Positions 12,952-27,321 of a DNA stretch of 64,000 bases are shown piece by piece (positions within the stretch are counted from its first letter, which is position 1; the number at the start of each line of letters is the position of its first letter). The notes beneath the pieces are model-generated. The model saw only the letters and a list, made by a program, of their open reading frames with translations. It searched no databases and was not told where the DNA came from. Both the position numbers and the translations under genes were made by a program. Origin of the DNA: Trichosphaerium sp. ATCC 40318 (Eukaryota > Protista > Tubulinea); the NCBI GenBank assembly GCA_038496445.1, contig JALMLS010000017.1, positions 248,001-312,000 on the forward strand, read 5' to 3'.

Positions 12952-15900
12952 ATGGCGCAGGCCAGCTACAGTGCCGCGTTGGCGGCGTATAAAGGTGGAA
13001 GCTACTCTGACGCAATAACGATTCTTGATGAATTGCTTGAAGAGCATCAAGACACTCCAATTTGTGCTATACTTCACTGGTACGTAGATTTATAGCGGTA
13101 GCGTTAACGTCGTTGTAGTAATCGAGCGCTATGCTACTTTAAGCTTGAGTTCTTTAGGAAAAGCATAAAAGCTTGTGATTGCGCAATAAAGGTTGATAGT
13201 AACTGTTTAGAGGCATATTTGCGACGAGGTAAACGGTTCCATGCACCTTTCTTTAATGTCACTTATCCGTACAGGTTTCGCTCTGAATAGCATGGGAAAG
13301 CGAAAGTTAGCCATCAAAACATTAAATGCTGGCTTATTATGCGTCGGTACGTTAAATCAACTCCAACGTGCTCTAACAACAGCGCAGGTAGTTTCGAGCA
13401 ACACGTGGAACTATCCCGATGCATTAAAGGTACACAATCCTCTTAGTTATTCTTTATCGTTTATAACGCCACGCAAGCGCTTCAAAATGACGAACCTATC
13501 CCTCAACGAGGTATTGAAGCACCTGCCTCTTCATCTATCCCCGAACCGTTCGCTATCGTTGCTGATGATATGACGCCTTCATACCCTGTGCGTACAGGAA
13601 CATGCCCCTCAATGGCTTTGTGTGGTATTTTTATTTACAAAAAGATCTAGGATGGAGAAGAAGTTATCAAGTTCCAAAAGCCAGTGACAAACATCGATTT
13701 GAGCAGTCAGGCCTCTAGTGTTGATGCGCTAGCGGCCTCCAAGCAGGTAACTATGCGACTGTCTATGTGTTAACTTGGTTATTGTTTTCAAGTATTTTAG
13801 ATATCCATTTCTTTGATGTTGAACCTTTTTCTTTTGTTTTTGGCTTACTTTGGGTAGGTTGCTCAACGTCGAATGGTGCAACATGGTGTAGGTACCGTTG
13901 CTATTGACGAAAAGATAGGTACAGACGTTTACAAGTACATCAGTACAAGCTAAAACGTATTAGCAATGGGGTACCTTCAAGTCAACACCGGTAACTATCA
14001 AAACGGCATAAAACTCTTCAATGAACTTCTTGCTGTAAATCCACGCGTTGTGGCTGCCTATCTTGGAAGAGGAACAGCTTACGCTCTCTCTGGAGCGTTA
14101 GATCACGTGCGCAACCAAGAATGAACACAGTAGCATGTAATTCTTATAGCTTAATTTCTAGGCGATTCAAGACTTCTCCTTGGCTATTGGCATAGATAAG
14201 AAGTGTGTAGATGCTTACAAGAGACGAGGACAGGTTCGTGTTGAAGGAAAATCAGCTAAGCATCCCTTCACTTGCTTATTGGTTTACTGTTAGGCGAGAG
14301 CTGCTCGTGGTTTAACAAATGAAGCTTTGCAAGATTTGACAGAAGCTGCAAAGTATTCACGTGATCATGAAGTACTACAACAACGTGGTCTTATTTACTA
14401 TAGACTCGTACGTGTCCAGAGACTTCTTTTTGGGTATTTGAGGCCCTTACACTTTCTATCTTATAGAAGAACTTCAGACGTGCTATATCTGATTTCGAGG
14501 AAGCAACAAAGCTAGACCACTCAAATAAAATGACATGGAACCATCTTGGTCTTTGCTATAATGCTGTAGGACAACCAAAGAAGGTGCTCTCTTCCTTAAC
14601 TTAATATAATTAAGTCTTATACTCTGAAGGCTACTGAGGCTCATCTGAAGGCTATAAGTCTTGATAGAACATTCAAAGAGGCTTGGACTAATCTTGGACA
14701 AGCGTACAAAGATTGGGGTGTTTATAAAAAAGCTTCAGAGAATTTTACAAAAGCAATCGGTTTGGACCCAGCTTATGCGCATGCATATCACTTGCGTGCA
14801 CTTGCACGTTTTGGTGTAGGCGATCACTACGGTGCTTTATCTGATTTCAACGCAGCCGCAAAGATAGATCCTACTCATACCGATTCATTGCACATGCGTG
14901 CTGTAATAAAACACGGGCTGGTAGGTTTATTTCAACAAGCCAAAACAGCTTGCTCTGACACGTGGTTTCTAGGGTATGTTCAAGTCAGCACTTGTTGATT
15001 ATAATGCAGTTGTAACTGCTAAACCTGAGCACTTCGCTTGGTATCAGAGGGAATGTTTATTGTTTTGGCATCATAACGCTGATACGCCTATCCGTACTTA
15101 TAATATGGATCGTAAGTTAAGTCCACCTTTCAAAGAAAATTGGTGTAAGAGAACGCACCCAAAAGTAATCAGTACGTTGTGACTTTCCGACATTTTATCT
15201 TTACTCTACTCTACTAATACGTTGTTACTTTTACAGGTCATACATACACACCTCAGAAGCCATTTAATAACGGTGTACCTGATATTGTATATAGCAAAAA
15301 GGCGAATGATAAGGCTACATTGTTGATAGATTACACAAGGAATATTGGACATAAACTACACTTGAACTGTCCTGGTTACTTATCTAATAAAAGACAACAA
15401 CGTATGGCTGGACTAGCAGCTATTGAAATAGCGCAAACACTACGACATGTTTGGGGTACGCTGCCTCTTTTTTGGCTTCTTTTTTTTTCTGCTTCTTTCA
15501 AAGTGTGTTTATTTCCTCTAAAGGTAAAGGTAAGTATAAGAAACAAGCACCGTTTAAAGTGCCTGCTGGATCTTCAAGTCATAATGCAAGTGAACATGAT
15601 TTCGAATGGCGTGATCTTTATGATATTTGTGTGAAATGGAGACAGTGTTCAGAGGTAAGCTTAAAAAAAACCAAACTTATTTTATGCTTGTTTATTGTTG
15701 TGCCAATATCTTTTTTTAGCCAAATGATCCTGTGTGGTGGGTTGATTTACTAACAAAAGAGCAATTCGCGGAAGGATTTGGATCACATACTCCACTAGTT
15801 ACATGTACGATGACAAGAAAGCTTTTGATATTTGTTGAAATGACCTCTTCTTTTAGCTCAATGTGAGGTTGTTAGATACTACCCAGAATTCCAAAGAGCT

Positions 15901-16861
15901 TTTGGTATCATGAAAAAATTAGTACCAGAGCAATGCACAATATCATCATCAATGTCAAAAGCAGTTGAAGGTATTTAATGGATAATCTCCTAAAAGTCTT
16001 TATCCACTAAAAAGTTGAGTTGTTTCTAATCAATACGTGTTTAGGAGCAAAGACATACAAAGAGCTTTATAATATTATGAAGCGAGATTTTTGGGTTGTA
16101 ACACCATGTCATAGTACTGCAACTCCAGGGAAGATAATGGAGGGAACAAGGCTTACCTTACAGGTATACAGTCAACATAGCATTTCTATGTTTGTTTTTC
16201 TTATTTTTTTCTGCAGTATGTACATCCTGAAGGATACGAATATAGCATAAGAACACCTGGAACACCACCTAGATGGGTTGATTATGATATCGAGCTTCAG
16301 TACTACTGGAAGTTACTATGTGCTGAAGCTATGAAGGAAACTTTGGATCTTGACAAGTGCGGCCTTTTTAGTGCTTCTTTTTTTTTTTTTGTGAGTTGCG
16401 GCTGATGTTTTGGTTTATTGTAGGGTTTCTAATTTAATCTTGTCTATCAACTTCTATTGGTATAATTTTATGCCTTTGTCACGTGGTACTGCTGCATGTG
16501 GTTATATTGCTATTCTTGGTATGTTCTTAGCATTTGGTATTGAGATAACTGGACGTGTACCAAAGAATATGATGGTAGATTGGGAGGTATGCTTTAACAA
16601 CTGATTTTTTCTGAAAATGAAGACAAATACTGTTCTCTTCTTCTCCCTTTTCCTCTTCTGCTTCTTTTCTGGTTTACTTATTTCGTTTCTTTCGTATAGG
16701 GTATTTTGAGACCCACTCCTGAGTCGTTTATTTCTGCTTTATCACCATGGATGTACCCAAGCAGGACGAAAATTGATGAAACAAAACTGGATTCTCTTCC
16801 AAATTGTCGCGAAACTTTTGCTACTATTCGTGCTACAATTGCAGGTTTAAACGCTGCGTAA
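12952..16861 (+). CDS. TTC13: TTC13/SRFR1-like TPR protein
   Basis: TPR exons plus the conserved C-terminal domain: KWRQCSEPNDPVWWVD, EGFGSHTP, MEGTRLT, FYWYNFMPLSRGTAACG. Confidence 0.9.
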
Positions 16862-17090
16862 TAAAATAAAGGCGTTATCAGTGCACTGTGCAAAACTAAT
16901 TAACCAATTGTAAGGTGTCGAAACACAACTTCTTTAAAAGACTCTTTTATTTCACATTCTTATTTTATTCTTGTGTGGTGTAACAAAGAGTTGGTTTTTT
17001 TAGGGTTGAGTTATTAGTAATGATGTAGGATTGATACATAATGTTCTTTGTAAAATAATAAGGAGAAGAATACTGTTTTGTGTTTAGGCG

Positions 17091-20000
17091 TTAAAAGTCC
17101 AAACCATCAGCAATGCCAGCAAGCATATCTTCCATTTCAGCAAACTCATCAGTTGCAAAAATATCTTGGGTAGGATCACGTGCGTTTCCACTTTCTCCCC
17201 ATGTTAAATCTACAGTATGTGTGGTGTCGCCTGGGTCATCATAGTCATATTCCATGCCCGAAGCATCAACAACTTGATCATAATCGAGAGAATCCGAATC
17301 ATCTACAAAAATAGAATAAATGATCCATTTTTTTAAAACAAGACTCGTACACTCTCCGGCGTCTTTATTGTTCGAAATAGCGTTCATTTCCGCAGTGAAA
17401 GCTGCTAGTGGATCTAAAATAATGATATTAGTACACTAAGAATAAAACCACAAAGCCACAACATCACCAAACTGCATTGTTGTACAAACAATTGGCTTTT
17501 TCAACTCATCACAAAAAATGATTGAAACTTCAATTGTCTTTTGTTTTGTACGTACCATCTTCCGTGAAAGCATTAAAATTATAATCATAAACAGAAGACC
17601 TCTTCAACTCTTCTGCAATAGCTTTTTCATCTTTAACTTCTTCTTCTTGATAAGCTTCCTCACCACCATACTCTTCTTGATACTCTTCTCCATAATCATA
17701 ATCATATCCTGTATCTTCCTCTTGGTACTCTTGTCCATACGCTGGTGACTCAGGTACACCATTAAATGCATCAGGTGTCGTATCAGGTACAGGATCTACA
17801 TCAGTACCGAAATCATCAATAGAAAAGTCAACATCGAGGTTATCAAATTCAGCCAAGAATGTATCTTCCTCTTTTGGAGGTGGTTTTGGTAACTCATTTC
17901 TAGGCGGTTGTGCGCTTGGTGTTTCTTCACCAAAGTCTTGTGGAGTCCAATCATCCATTGAAGATCCAGTAGTCTCATCTGCTTCGAGACCCTCATCAGC
18001 TAGGAAGTCATCCATCATGTTCAAGACATCTTGCCCAGGCTAAAAAAAATCAACAAAAAGAAGATAAAGGTCCAGACGTACATCGTTTGTTGGTGGCGGT
18101 GAACGCTTTGGTGGATGCCTTGCTACCGGAGGAGGTGGTCCTCTTGTTGGAGCCTTTGGAGGATGTGATGGATGGTATGAAGGCACCGCTCTTTTTGGTG
18201 GCATAGGAAACTAATTGAATGGTAAGCCTAAAAAAGACGCAGTTGGAAAAAAAACTGCTAGTTTTTACCTTTTTGGGTGTGAAAGGCTTCATCATGTTCT
18301 TTTTCCTTCCAGGAGAAGGCCAACCTTTCTTAACTGACCTAGATTTCTTTGGAGATGGTGACCATCCTTGGTTTGGTAATGGCCATTTCTTCTTTCCAAC
18401 AATTGGTCTTTTTTTTCGACCAGGTGACGGAAACCCTTGTTTTGCTTTCCTTTGTGGCGGAGGTGGTCCTTTTCTACTAACCTTAGGTGGTCCGAAACTC
18501 TTCTTAAAACCACCAGGTAGAGTGAATGTCTTTTTAGGAGAATGTCTAAGTCCTTTAGGTGAAGGTATTGTCTTTTTAAGTGGATTTTGTAAAAATCTTC
18601 CTGATTTTTTGTTTGCTGATATCTTTCCGTTAAACCTTCCTGATTTCTTGTTTGCAGATACCTTTCCATTAAATCTACCTGACTTTTTATTTGCACTAAA
18701 CCTTCCTGACTTCTTATTCGCAGGTATCTTCCCATTAAATCTTCCCGACTTCTTGTTAGGTGTAAATCTTCCTGATTTTTTATTTCCAGATATCTTTGGA
18801 AGAGCTCTATCATCTGCCGCAGGAGGTAAAGGAGGTAACCCATTTGCTCTTTTAGCAAATCCAAATTTCTTTGGAGCTCGCGGTAAAGGAAATTTTGGAC
18901 CTTTAGGTCCTTTTGGCATACGTTTACCGAAGCCTTTCTTGGCGCCCTGTACGTGAAAATTATTTTACTGAAATTGCAAAAAAAAAAATTAATGAAAGGA
19001 CGCACACGAACTGGAGGCCTAGGTACGCCACCACACTTACCCTATGTATCATCTTTTAATATTGTTTTCATTCTTATTTAATACGTACTTTACCAGACGC
19101 AGGTGCTTTACCATTCTTTCCTGGGTTAGCAGTTAATCGCCGAGCACGCATTTCAGCACCTATCCAAAAAAAACTAAGAATAAAAGAAGACAAAAAAACA
19201 GTCCAAGTTTTACGCACGTGACCGAGGTACAACGTCCTTATACTTATCCATAATAGATAAAAGAATAGGGAAAAGTATTCTATAATGTCCATCATATATA
19301 TCCTCAGGAGAACACCCCTTTATATTAATACCTTTAAACTTTAAAAATTTTAACCAACTCTCCAAGTTTCCTAATTTATCCTCAATGGAATAAGGTTCTC
19401 TCTTATAATTCTGTAGTTTTGTCCCTGTAAGACACTCTGATAATTTAATCAGACTAACACCATCTTGGAGATCTCCTTCGAGATTAGTTACAGTTATTTG
19501 TCTACAAGCTAAGTGCTTATTAAGCCAAGACAATATAACCTTTGTTGTTGATTGTGTGTTGCGGAACTGCTTGTTTGGGCCACCAAAAGCCTACGCATGC
19601 ATCAAAAACTAGTACGGACATACGTTGATTCATTCGTACACGTTTTTTTACAGGTGGTGGAGGCAGCTTCGGCATACCAAACTTCTTTGGCATGCCAAAC
19701 TTCTTAGGTAGGAAACCAAATCCCATTTTACGCTTTGGTGCTGGAGGACCTTTTCGTAGGGGTGGACCTGGATGCCTCCCTGGTGGAGGAGGTCCAGGGG
19801 TACGAGGTGGAGGCGATATTGCATAAGAAGGTGCGTGATTTCGTGGAGGTGGTATTATACCAGGAGGCGCTGGTATACGTCCTGGAGGCCCTGGAACCCT
19901 GCCAGGAGGTGGAGGAGAAGGAGCACCAGCTTGATAAGAAAATTAGTCAATACATAACACCGTCAACCTTCAAATAAAAAAAAACTTGTAATCTTTCTTT

Positions 20001-20714
20001 TGTCTCACCTGCACGTGGACCACCAACTTCGTTCTAACAAGCAACTTAGTACAAAAAAACAACAAGAATAAGAGGATGTGGCGTACAAGAAGAAACTGGA
20101 AATCAGAATCTCCCAAAAGCTCTAAACCAGAGCTTGACAGTGGAGCACCACTACTTCTAGACTTTGATAATGTTTGTTGCTCACGTCTATATGTGAGTGT
20201 TGGTACTTGATATGCTGTTGCTGAACGTTCTCTCTTTGAACCGCTACTATCTGTGAAGTCTACAACAATATTCCCTAAGGAGACTATTTGCTCTTGTCTC
20301 TTTTTAAAGAGGAATTTGTAATTATCGCTTGAAGTAGCCCATTTTTGTAGTAGGTCATACGGCTTTGCAGAGCTGTCGATTATATCAACTATTTAGTGTG
20401 TTAACAATACTTATAACACTATAGGCGTTATGAGTTGTCGTGTATACCTTTTTTATCGTTTTTAACCACATACAAGCCGTAAGTGTCAAATTCCGCTGTG
20501 ACCAAGTTTAATCGCTTGCATATTTTGAATTTAAACGCGCTTGCTGTCATCCTTAGTATGTTAGTGCGCGTTGTAAGCAAATAAAAATACCTTTCAGTGA
20601 GCAAGAAGCTTTTAAACGAGCCATCCAATAGAAATACCTTTACAACACCCTCAATGCGTAGTTAGTAACTATTACCCTGTTTTTATTACCACTCACTCTG
20701 TCTGAGCCGCTCAT
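17091..20714 (-). CDS. Cytoskeletal adaptor-like protein: RA/FERM-F1-like N-terminus, Pro-rich region, calponin-homology domain, basic repeats, acidic tail
   Basis: VKVFLLDGSFKSF..ICKRLNL..YGLY (ubiquitin-like RA fold); CH domain SWLNKHL..VTNLEGDLQDGVSLIKLSE; poly-Pro; ends GLDF*. Confidence 0.7.
18594..18790 (-). repeat. Coding tandem repeat, six copies of NKKSGRF
   Basis: The translated ORF 18050-18919 shows six NKKSGRF copies with 9-13 aa spacing, and the codons have diverged between copies. Confidence 0.9.
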
Positions 20715-20927
20715 TGTTTCAGGATTACTATTCACTCTACATTAACTGATTCTATACTGTATTTGCTCGACTTAGGAGATAATGTCTACAATTATAACAT
20801 TGTTGACTAAAAAGCTTTTTCAGACAAACCAAAAAGGCGTGTGGTACAATATAACCATAATAGAGTTTGTAACCAAAAGTAAAAATGGGTTTATTGAAGA
20901 AGTTGTTAATTACACCATAGAACTGCT

Positions 20928-22137
20928 CTAAACTTCTGTATAAGTTCCGCCCTCTAGTGTCACAGGTTAACAAAGTAAGTGTCATACATAGATATTAACG
21001 TACTGCCTCTGTTGACAATAAACATGACTCCATCTTTGATGAGACCAGGGAATCCAAGCCAAAAGTCCTAAACAAGCGTTAGAACACGGTATGGCGCCAG
21101 AAAAACCACTTCTTTGATGGATTGGGTTGGGAACATACAGTATTTGGGAAGATCTTGCCAGTCTTACGGACAACGTTGTATACGATACCGCCAACGATGT
21201 AAACAACGACACCAAGAAGAAGTAGAATACACAAGATTGTACCAACGCTAATTTTACCTCCGCCTCCTGAAGGACCCTTACCACCAGGGCAGGCATGAGC
21301 GGAATCAGCACTCATCGTGATATGATTAGTACCATCAGTATCTTGGATAACGAAATTGGACCACTCTTAAAAATACGAGTAAGAATTTTCTTATTGGTTT
21401 GAAAAAACCACAAGTGATAGTCCATTTCATAGCGTACCGCCACTTCCACAATTTATAGTAACTAATTATCAAGTAAGAAGAGGGGTTGAGGGGGAAAGTT
21501 TTAAAAGAAATTATACTTACTCTCTGAAGACCTGTTTGGTTCATCACCGTCTTGATTATGTATTAGAATGATGTATAAAGAGATATTACGTACTAGGGTA
21601 GCTAATATGAACTCCTTTACCACCAGCTAGCGCAGTAGCGCTCTGAGCAGAGAAAATTCCAACACAAGCCTACGAAAAATAAGAAAAAAAAAACTTGGTT
21701 CCCAAAAAATCACCGTACCATAGATGTTTGTGTACCGTAGTCATCCCAGGCCTGGCATGCACCAAATCCAGTCGCGCATTTGTTCTTTTAATGTACGTAA
21801 ATATGTTTTACCTAAATTTCTTACTTACGGTACCACAAGGTGTGGTGGTTTCTTGACATATCGATACTCTGTATTGGTATTTACCAGACTATAAACTCAA
21901 TTAGACCTCACGTGATAAAATAAAATAGGAAAAGACAAAAAAAAATTTTCTTCGTACTGTGCAGTGATCGCAAGCTAGTTGACCCAAACCAGTCTGTATT
22001 TTGCCTTCGAGGGAACCAAGGTTGTATTTAGTACCATCTGAAGCCTGTAGATCACTACAGGCAGCGGAAGAAACGTAACTAACGTTGACAATAACGATAG
22101 TGGCCACAATGAGTAGCAATAAAGATTGCCTTGACAT
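20928..22137 (-). CDS. Cation-dependent mannose-6-phosphate receptor / ATG27-like type I membrane protein
   Basis: Signal peptide, Cys-containing MRH-like luminal domain (YNLGSL..HACP), TM VGTILCILLLLGVVVYIVGGIVYN, FPNTAFW..PGLIKDG, C-terminal YTEV (YxxPhi). Confidence 0.85.
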
Positions 22138-22290
22138 TTCGGAAAAGTTGTCTAGGTGGTTAGGATTTGGACTTAAAACAATGGATTAGTACACAACACA
22201 ATGAAACAAAAACTTCTTAAGGCATGACACGTGAGATTTTGTTGTATTTCTTCAATCGCAGTTTACAGCTGTTTTCTTTGTACTATTTGT

Positions 22291-25200
22291 CTATTTTGCT
22301 TCACTATTTTTCAATTTAGGCTTCTAAACACGTGTCAGCATTTTATAAATGTTGTAGTGCGTCGAGGGTATCATCGTAGCGCGTGGAACATACTTTTCTC
22401 CATATAAATACAAAATGCGAAAACAGTTTCCATAAAGATGAGAAAACAATCCATTAATAAGTCGTACCTTGAATTCGTGTTCTTCGTCGCCACGTGGAAT
22501 GTCTTCTGCCTTTCTTTTTCGATCTGAAGATGGTCCTCCTTCCTCTTGCGTATCTGTTGGTTCTACAGTCATGGAGCGAAGCCATCTCAATACGTTATTG
22601 TAATCTGGTAGCTTAGGCCAATTTGCCTCTTCACCATTTGGTGGAGGGTAAAAAGGTTGATGGATTTTCGAAGCCATGTCAACAGGAAGCAATACCATTT
22701 TAACACTATCAAGCCAAAATCGGAAATAAGCATAACACGTCAATGGTTTATCACCAAAGAGACGTTTAACAGTATCTTGTTGACTAGGATTTTTCACAGC
22801 AAAGAAGCATACTCTGCTCACTTGCTTTTTATCCTCGTCCTTTATTTGAACATGTAAAAAGTGATTGGCTTGAGTTTGTTCCAGTTCAATCTTTTGTTTA
22901 AAGGAATTAACTTAGCATACAAGAGGCACGGTGTATAAAAAAAGAAAGAGCACAAAAAATCTACGTACTTTTATACCATGACAATAGAGTGTGTTAGCAT
23001 TGATATCAAGTAATGCTGGTATGTCGTTGATTATGTAGTAATTGCCAGCTAGAACGTAGTTCATTAAGTATTTATGTAACCTTAATTAAACTTGTATTGA
23101 AAAGATGTGCTACGCACGTCTGAGTATAAGTGGATTAGATCCAACTATTGGTTGTATACGTCTACCAAAGTTTGAACAACAAACAACAAGAACTTGCTCT
23201 TTGGAAGATTTTTGTGAGTCTAAATGATAAGCCCTAAGCATCCTAGAAACATCTTTTCTGAATCGTATAGAGCTATCACCAACCTTTTTTTTTCACATAA
23301 ATATTAAGAGAACAATGAGTTGGATGTAAGTTACCTTATGTGTAAAGAAGCCGTAGTTGACCTTTTTTGTTTGCATATAAAACTCGCAACTACCTTATCC
23401 TTGTTAGATGTAATAGGTTGATTATATTACTTACTTGATCCATGTGCAGGTAATCCTATTATCGTGTCCTTAGCATTAGCTCTTCCTATTTGTCCCCAAA
23501 GCCAGAAAAAGTCTTCAGGTGCTACTACTTCTAGAGTTTCGCGGACTTTGTGCAATTGACTGGATTTAATAGCTCTTGTGATACCTACCATTTGCAAGGG
23601 ATTTATCCTGTCTGCATCCGCATCTAAATAAAGGTAATGAAGGCTAGATAGCGTTTAGTGTACATAACATACCAACACGTGGTAAAAATACATATTTAGG
23701 TGATGCGATTGGCAAGTGCAAAGACTACACAAGGTGTCAGAATACCTGAAAATGGGATGTGATATTACTGTAACGTACTGCTTCTAGTTCATCTGTAAAT
23801 AGCGTATTCCAATGACTTGGTTTACAAAGACGATGAATAGTGTGTACTACAAGAGTTTGTTACTATAACTATCACTTGCTAGCCTGAGAGCGTACGTCGA
23901 TAGTCGATAAGCTTCATCATATTTTCTTGAATCCAGTCCATTACCAAAGCTGGTAAGCTAACACAATAATGGTCATCACCTTCTATGTGCATGTGCGTAA
24001 GAAAAGTTCATCAAAACCGGATATAACGTACGTTGTTGAGCTGTTGCAAGCATCGTATAAATGAATTCACATGGCTTTAAATCACCATCGATTGGTCTCA
24101 AGGTTAAACTTTTAAGCAACTGAGATGGTACTGGTACATCCGCAAGAGCAATTGTGATTAGCCGAGGGAGAGAATCGATAGTGTCTTTTAAAGGTTCACA
24201 ATATTTATCCAATGACGTAAGCGAGAGAATGTCAAAAAACCTAAATGAACAAAATGTGATTAGCAACTTTTTGTTTGTTTTTTTTTTTTCCATACTTTCT
24301 CATTTCTAGTTCTGTGGAGGTATCTTTAAGTACAGGCCTCAGTAAATTAATGACATCTCTGACAAGTATAGGATACCCTGCAGTCTTGATAAAGATATTA
24401 TCAACGACAAAGTTAACTACTTTTTTTGGAATCTTAATATTTTCAAATGCACTCATCAGCATTGATTGACATGTTTCCTTTGGGAATGACTATTTGATAA
24501 TGAGCTTCTGTACACTCTAAGTAAAAAACTTACGTCTATTTTAATCCAATCAAAGTGAGTTGCTTCAGCTGAGAACAAGCAAGAGCGAGCTGTAAATGAC
24601 ACTAAAAAAAGAGCAGGATGCAGTTTTTCCTCAGCTACTTATTAGACTTGATAGATGCTTCAGTTGAAATCAAGTACCAGTACTATTTGCGAGCCAAATG
24701 TCTTTAATAACTTCTGAAAGGGCACTGTGGTATTTGTTTTGAAAAGCCTACAAGCAATGTTCAGATAATTGCAACAAAAGATAAATCATCTCACTTCGTC
24801 CTTTTTGTGACATAGTGTATCTGCGTTTATCACGTGAACAAACAGAGCCCGACCATCATTGTTTTTGTTGTAGTAATTCTTTAGTACATCAAAAACACTA
24901 ACACATTGCTGTGGCACGTCTAACTACGTTAGTCATCAACCTGTAAGCATTTGAAGTACCGATTTGGAGTTCTTTGGACAAAAGTGTGCACAGCACGTGC
25001 GTTAAATACTTTTTAATGTCTGCAACGCCATCACCCGGCGGAGATTCTGTTAGATCCAACGTGACGTGCTTAGATGATTGAAGAAGTGTCATATCTGCCT
25101 TTTGTTCGTCCGTAAATGCAGCCGAAAACTTTGTCCATTGTTCTGTTTGAAAAAATAACGTTTGAACTTGGTCTCCTTTATCACTCTCGCATAGAACAGA

Positions 25201-25470
25201 AGAAATAATGCTATTGAGTGCCTTTTTACCTTTGTAGAAGTCAGTTGGCGATAACGAAAAATACTCAAGTTTTCTAGCATTTGTACCTGATCCTGTTGGC
25301 TGTAAAAGTAACGGAATACGCACAAACGTAGCGTTTTTAGTCTTCCAACGCTGTATTAGCTTAAATTGCTTTTGAATTATATCCACTACACTAGAAGCAC
25401 AATGTACAGCAGTGAGCGGTAATTCAACAACACCTTCAGACGTTTTGACATCTTGGGCAACCAAACTCAT
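22291..25470 (-). CDS. Hypothetical multi-exon protein with a C-terminal NLS-like segment (RKRKAED)
   Basis: Chain of minus-strand ORFs joined by GT-AG introns; no domain recognised; ends are approximate. Confidence 0.6.
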
Positions 25471-25541
25471 TGTATTGGACACACGCGTTGCGTTTACAAT
25501 GACCCAGTACAAATAACAAAAAGCAGTTACAGTCAAACGTC

Positions 25542-27250
25542 TTATTCTTTCTTTTTACATTTTTTAGAAGACTTAAGTACTAATGGCTTGGCTTCTCTGC
25601 CCATCATGTACATATAGTTTCCATGTTCTTTATACAGGCTATTAACACCTCCTTTCTTTACAGCAAAGTCTGCAAAAATGTATCCAGTACAGAAAGCGTC
25701 GTAAGCAGCCGAATGAAGTACCTTCTCTGTGATTATATACAAGTCTTTACCATCTTTTGGTTTATCATCAGAGGAAGAATCCAATTCCATCAACTCGCCT
25801 TCTTCTGACGGTTCTGTTTTGCGCCTTTTAGCTTCTGGCTCTGTCTTATGTTCTAGATTTCGCTTCTTGGTTTCGCTCAATGATTGGTTATTATTCTTGC
25901 GAACCTTATCTTCGTGATCAAGGATTACATTAATATCATGAGAATCTAGAAAAGAAGTTAGAACAGTGACTTAAAAAAAACAGCAATAGATTTTACACGT
26001 ACAAGGACAAGATTCTCCTTTCCTACAGTGACCTTTTTTCTAAGGGTAGTGAGTGTTTGATGTAATGTGTAACACCCGTACAGCGTATGAGTTACAAATT
26101 CCTGATTTTTTCTCTACAATAGGCACAGAAGAAGGTTTAACTGAAAAGACAGGATTTGGCATAGGACAATCACAAGTTAAAAAATATGTGCCCTTTTTCT
26201 TCTTTCTAGCAGCGTTTTGACGCATTCTAATGATGGAATTAGACTCAATGGTTTATTTAGAATGTGGTACCGTTTATAAAATTGATATTCCAGAAAGTTG
26301 GCTTGCATTTTGTCTGATTTTTCAGCCATAAGTTTGGTGTCGTATATAACAGGAAAGATTTGATGCAAGTCATGACAGAACTGTTCCAAGTTATCTGCTA
26401 GGCGCCCTTGCAACCTAAACAAGGTAATTAGCTGTACATTCACCCCTTTAAGTGTCAATACCCTGAGTACAAGAACATAACATCCAAAAGACCATTGTGA
26501 ACTATTACTGGCTTTCTGGCTGCTTTCATTGCATCAAACATGTCATAGAGGACATTGAGGCACTTTGGTCGGCGTTCTGATCTATACTTTATACCAGTGG
26601 CAAACAACCTAGCAACATACTAAGAAACCTAACAAATCACAAATGACACTCACCTATTGAAGTCAAAACCTGTACCAGACTAAGATAAAAAAATAAGTGT
26701 CAGTTCAAAAGTTTCGATACGAACCAGGAATTCAAGCGATGATGATCCTAATATCATTATTTGAGCTGAGGGACATAACGTCACACGTACCAACTGAGAA
26801 TTCTTGCTTTTTGTAGCATATAACCGAGAAATTTGAGGCACTGTATGCTCGTTCGTATTTCTGGAAAAATGACATGAGCTACTTGACATGTACATAACAA
26901 ACGCACAGATTTGGTGCTATCTGATGTAGGAACGAATAAAGATATTCCAATTTCAAGCATAGTTCTCTTCTCGATAAATTTCTTTAAATTAACGTAGCGT
27001 ACACCAACATCACTTCAATAGTTAGACTTTGAATGAATAAAGCACATACGGTGCCATTAACCCATCATCACGAATAGTGTTTGAATCAATCCCGCTAAAC
27101 TCGGTGTCTATGCTTATAAACTCTGTAGCGGACGTCAAAGTTGTAAATTCTGGCAAGACACGATCTGCATTGTTTCTATGACGTTACGTCAACGCTTGAG
27201 AGTCATATAACAATAACTAACCTATCAACAACGGTTGCGGTGTATTCCAT
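25542..27250 (-). CDS. TOE1: TOE1 (CAF1/DEDD deadenylase with CCCH zinc finger)
   Basis: ISIDTEFSG; VIVHNGLLD; YDTK; CNSYA..GHC..GESC..SHDINVILD; LHSAAYDAFCTGYIF. Confidence 0.88.
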
Positions 27251-27321
27251 GCTGCACTACTTAAAAACGCCAAAATTAAACTGGTTAAGTACGTTCACAG
27301 GTAAAAAGACTGCGTAACATT

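Noticed and set aside
18219-18956. Long antisense or alternative-frame ORFs (also 381-881, 32030-32455, 50047-50334)
   Set aside because: Shadows of repetitive or biased coding sequence in the real genes.
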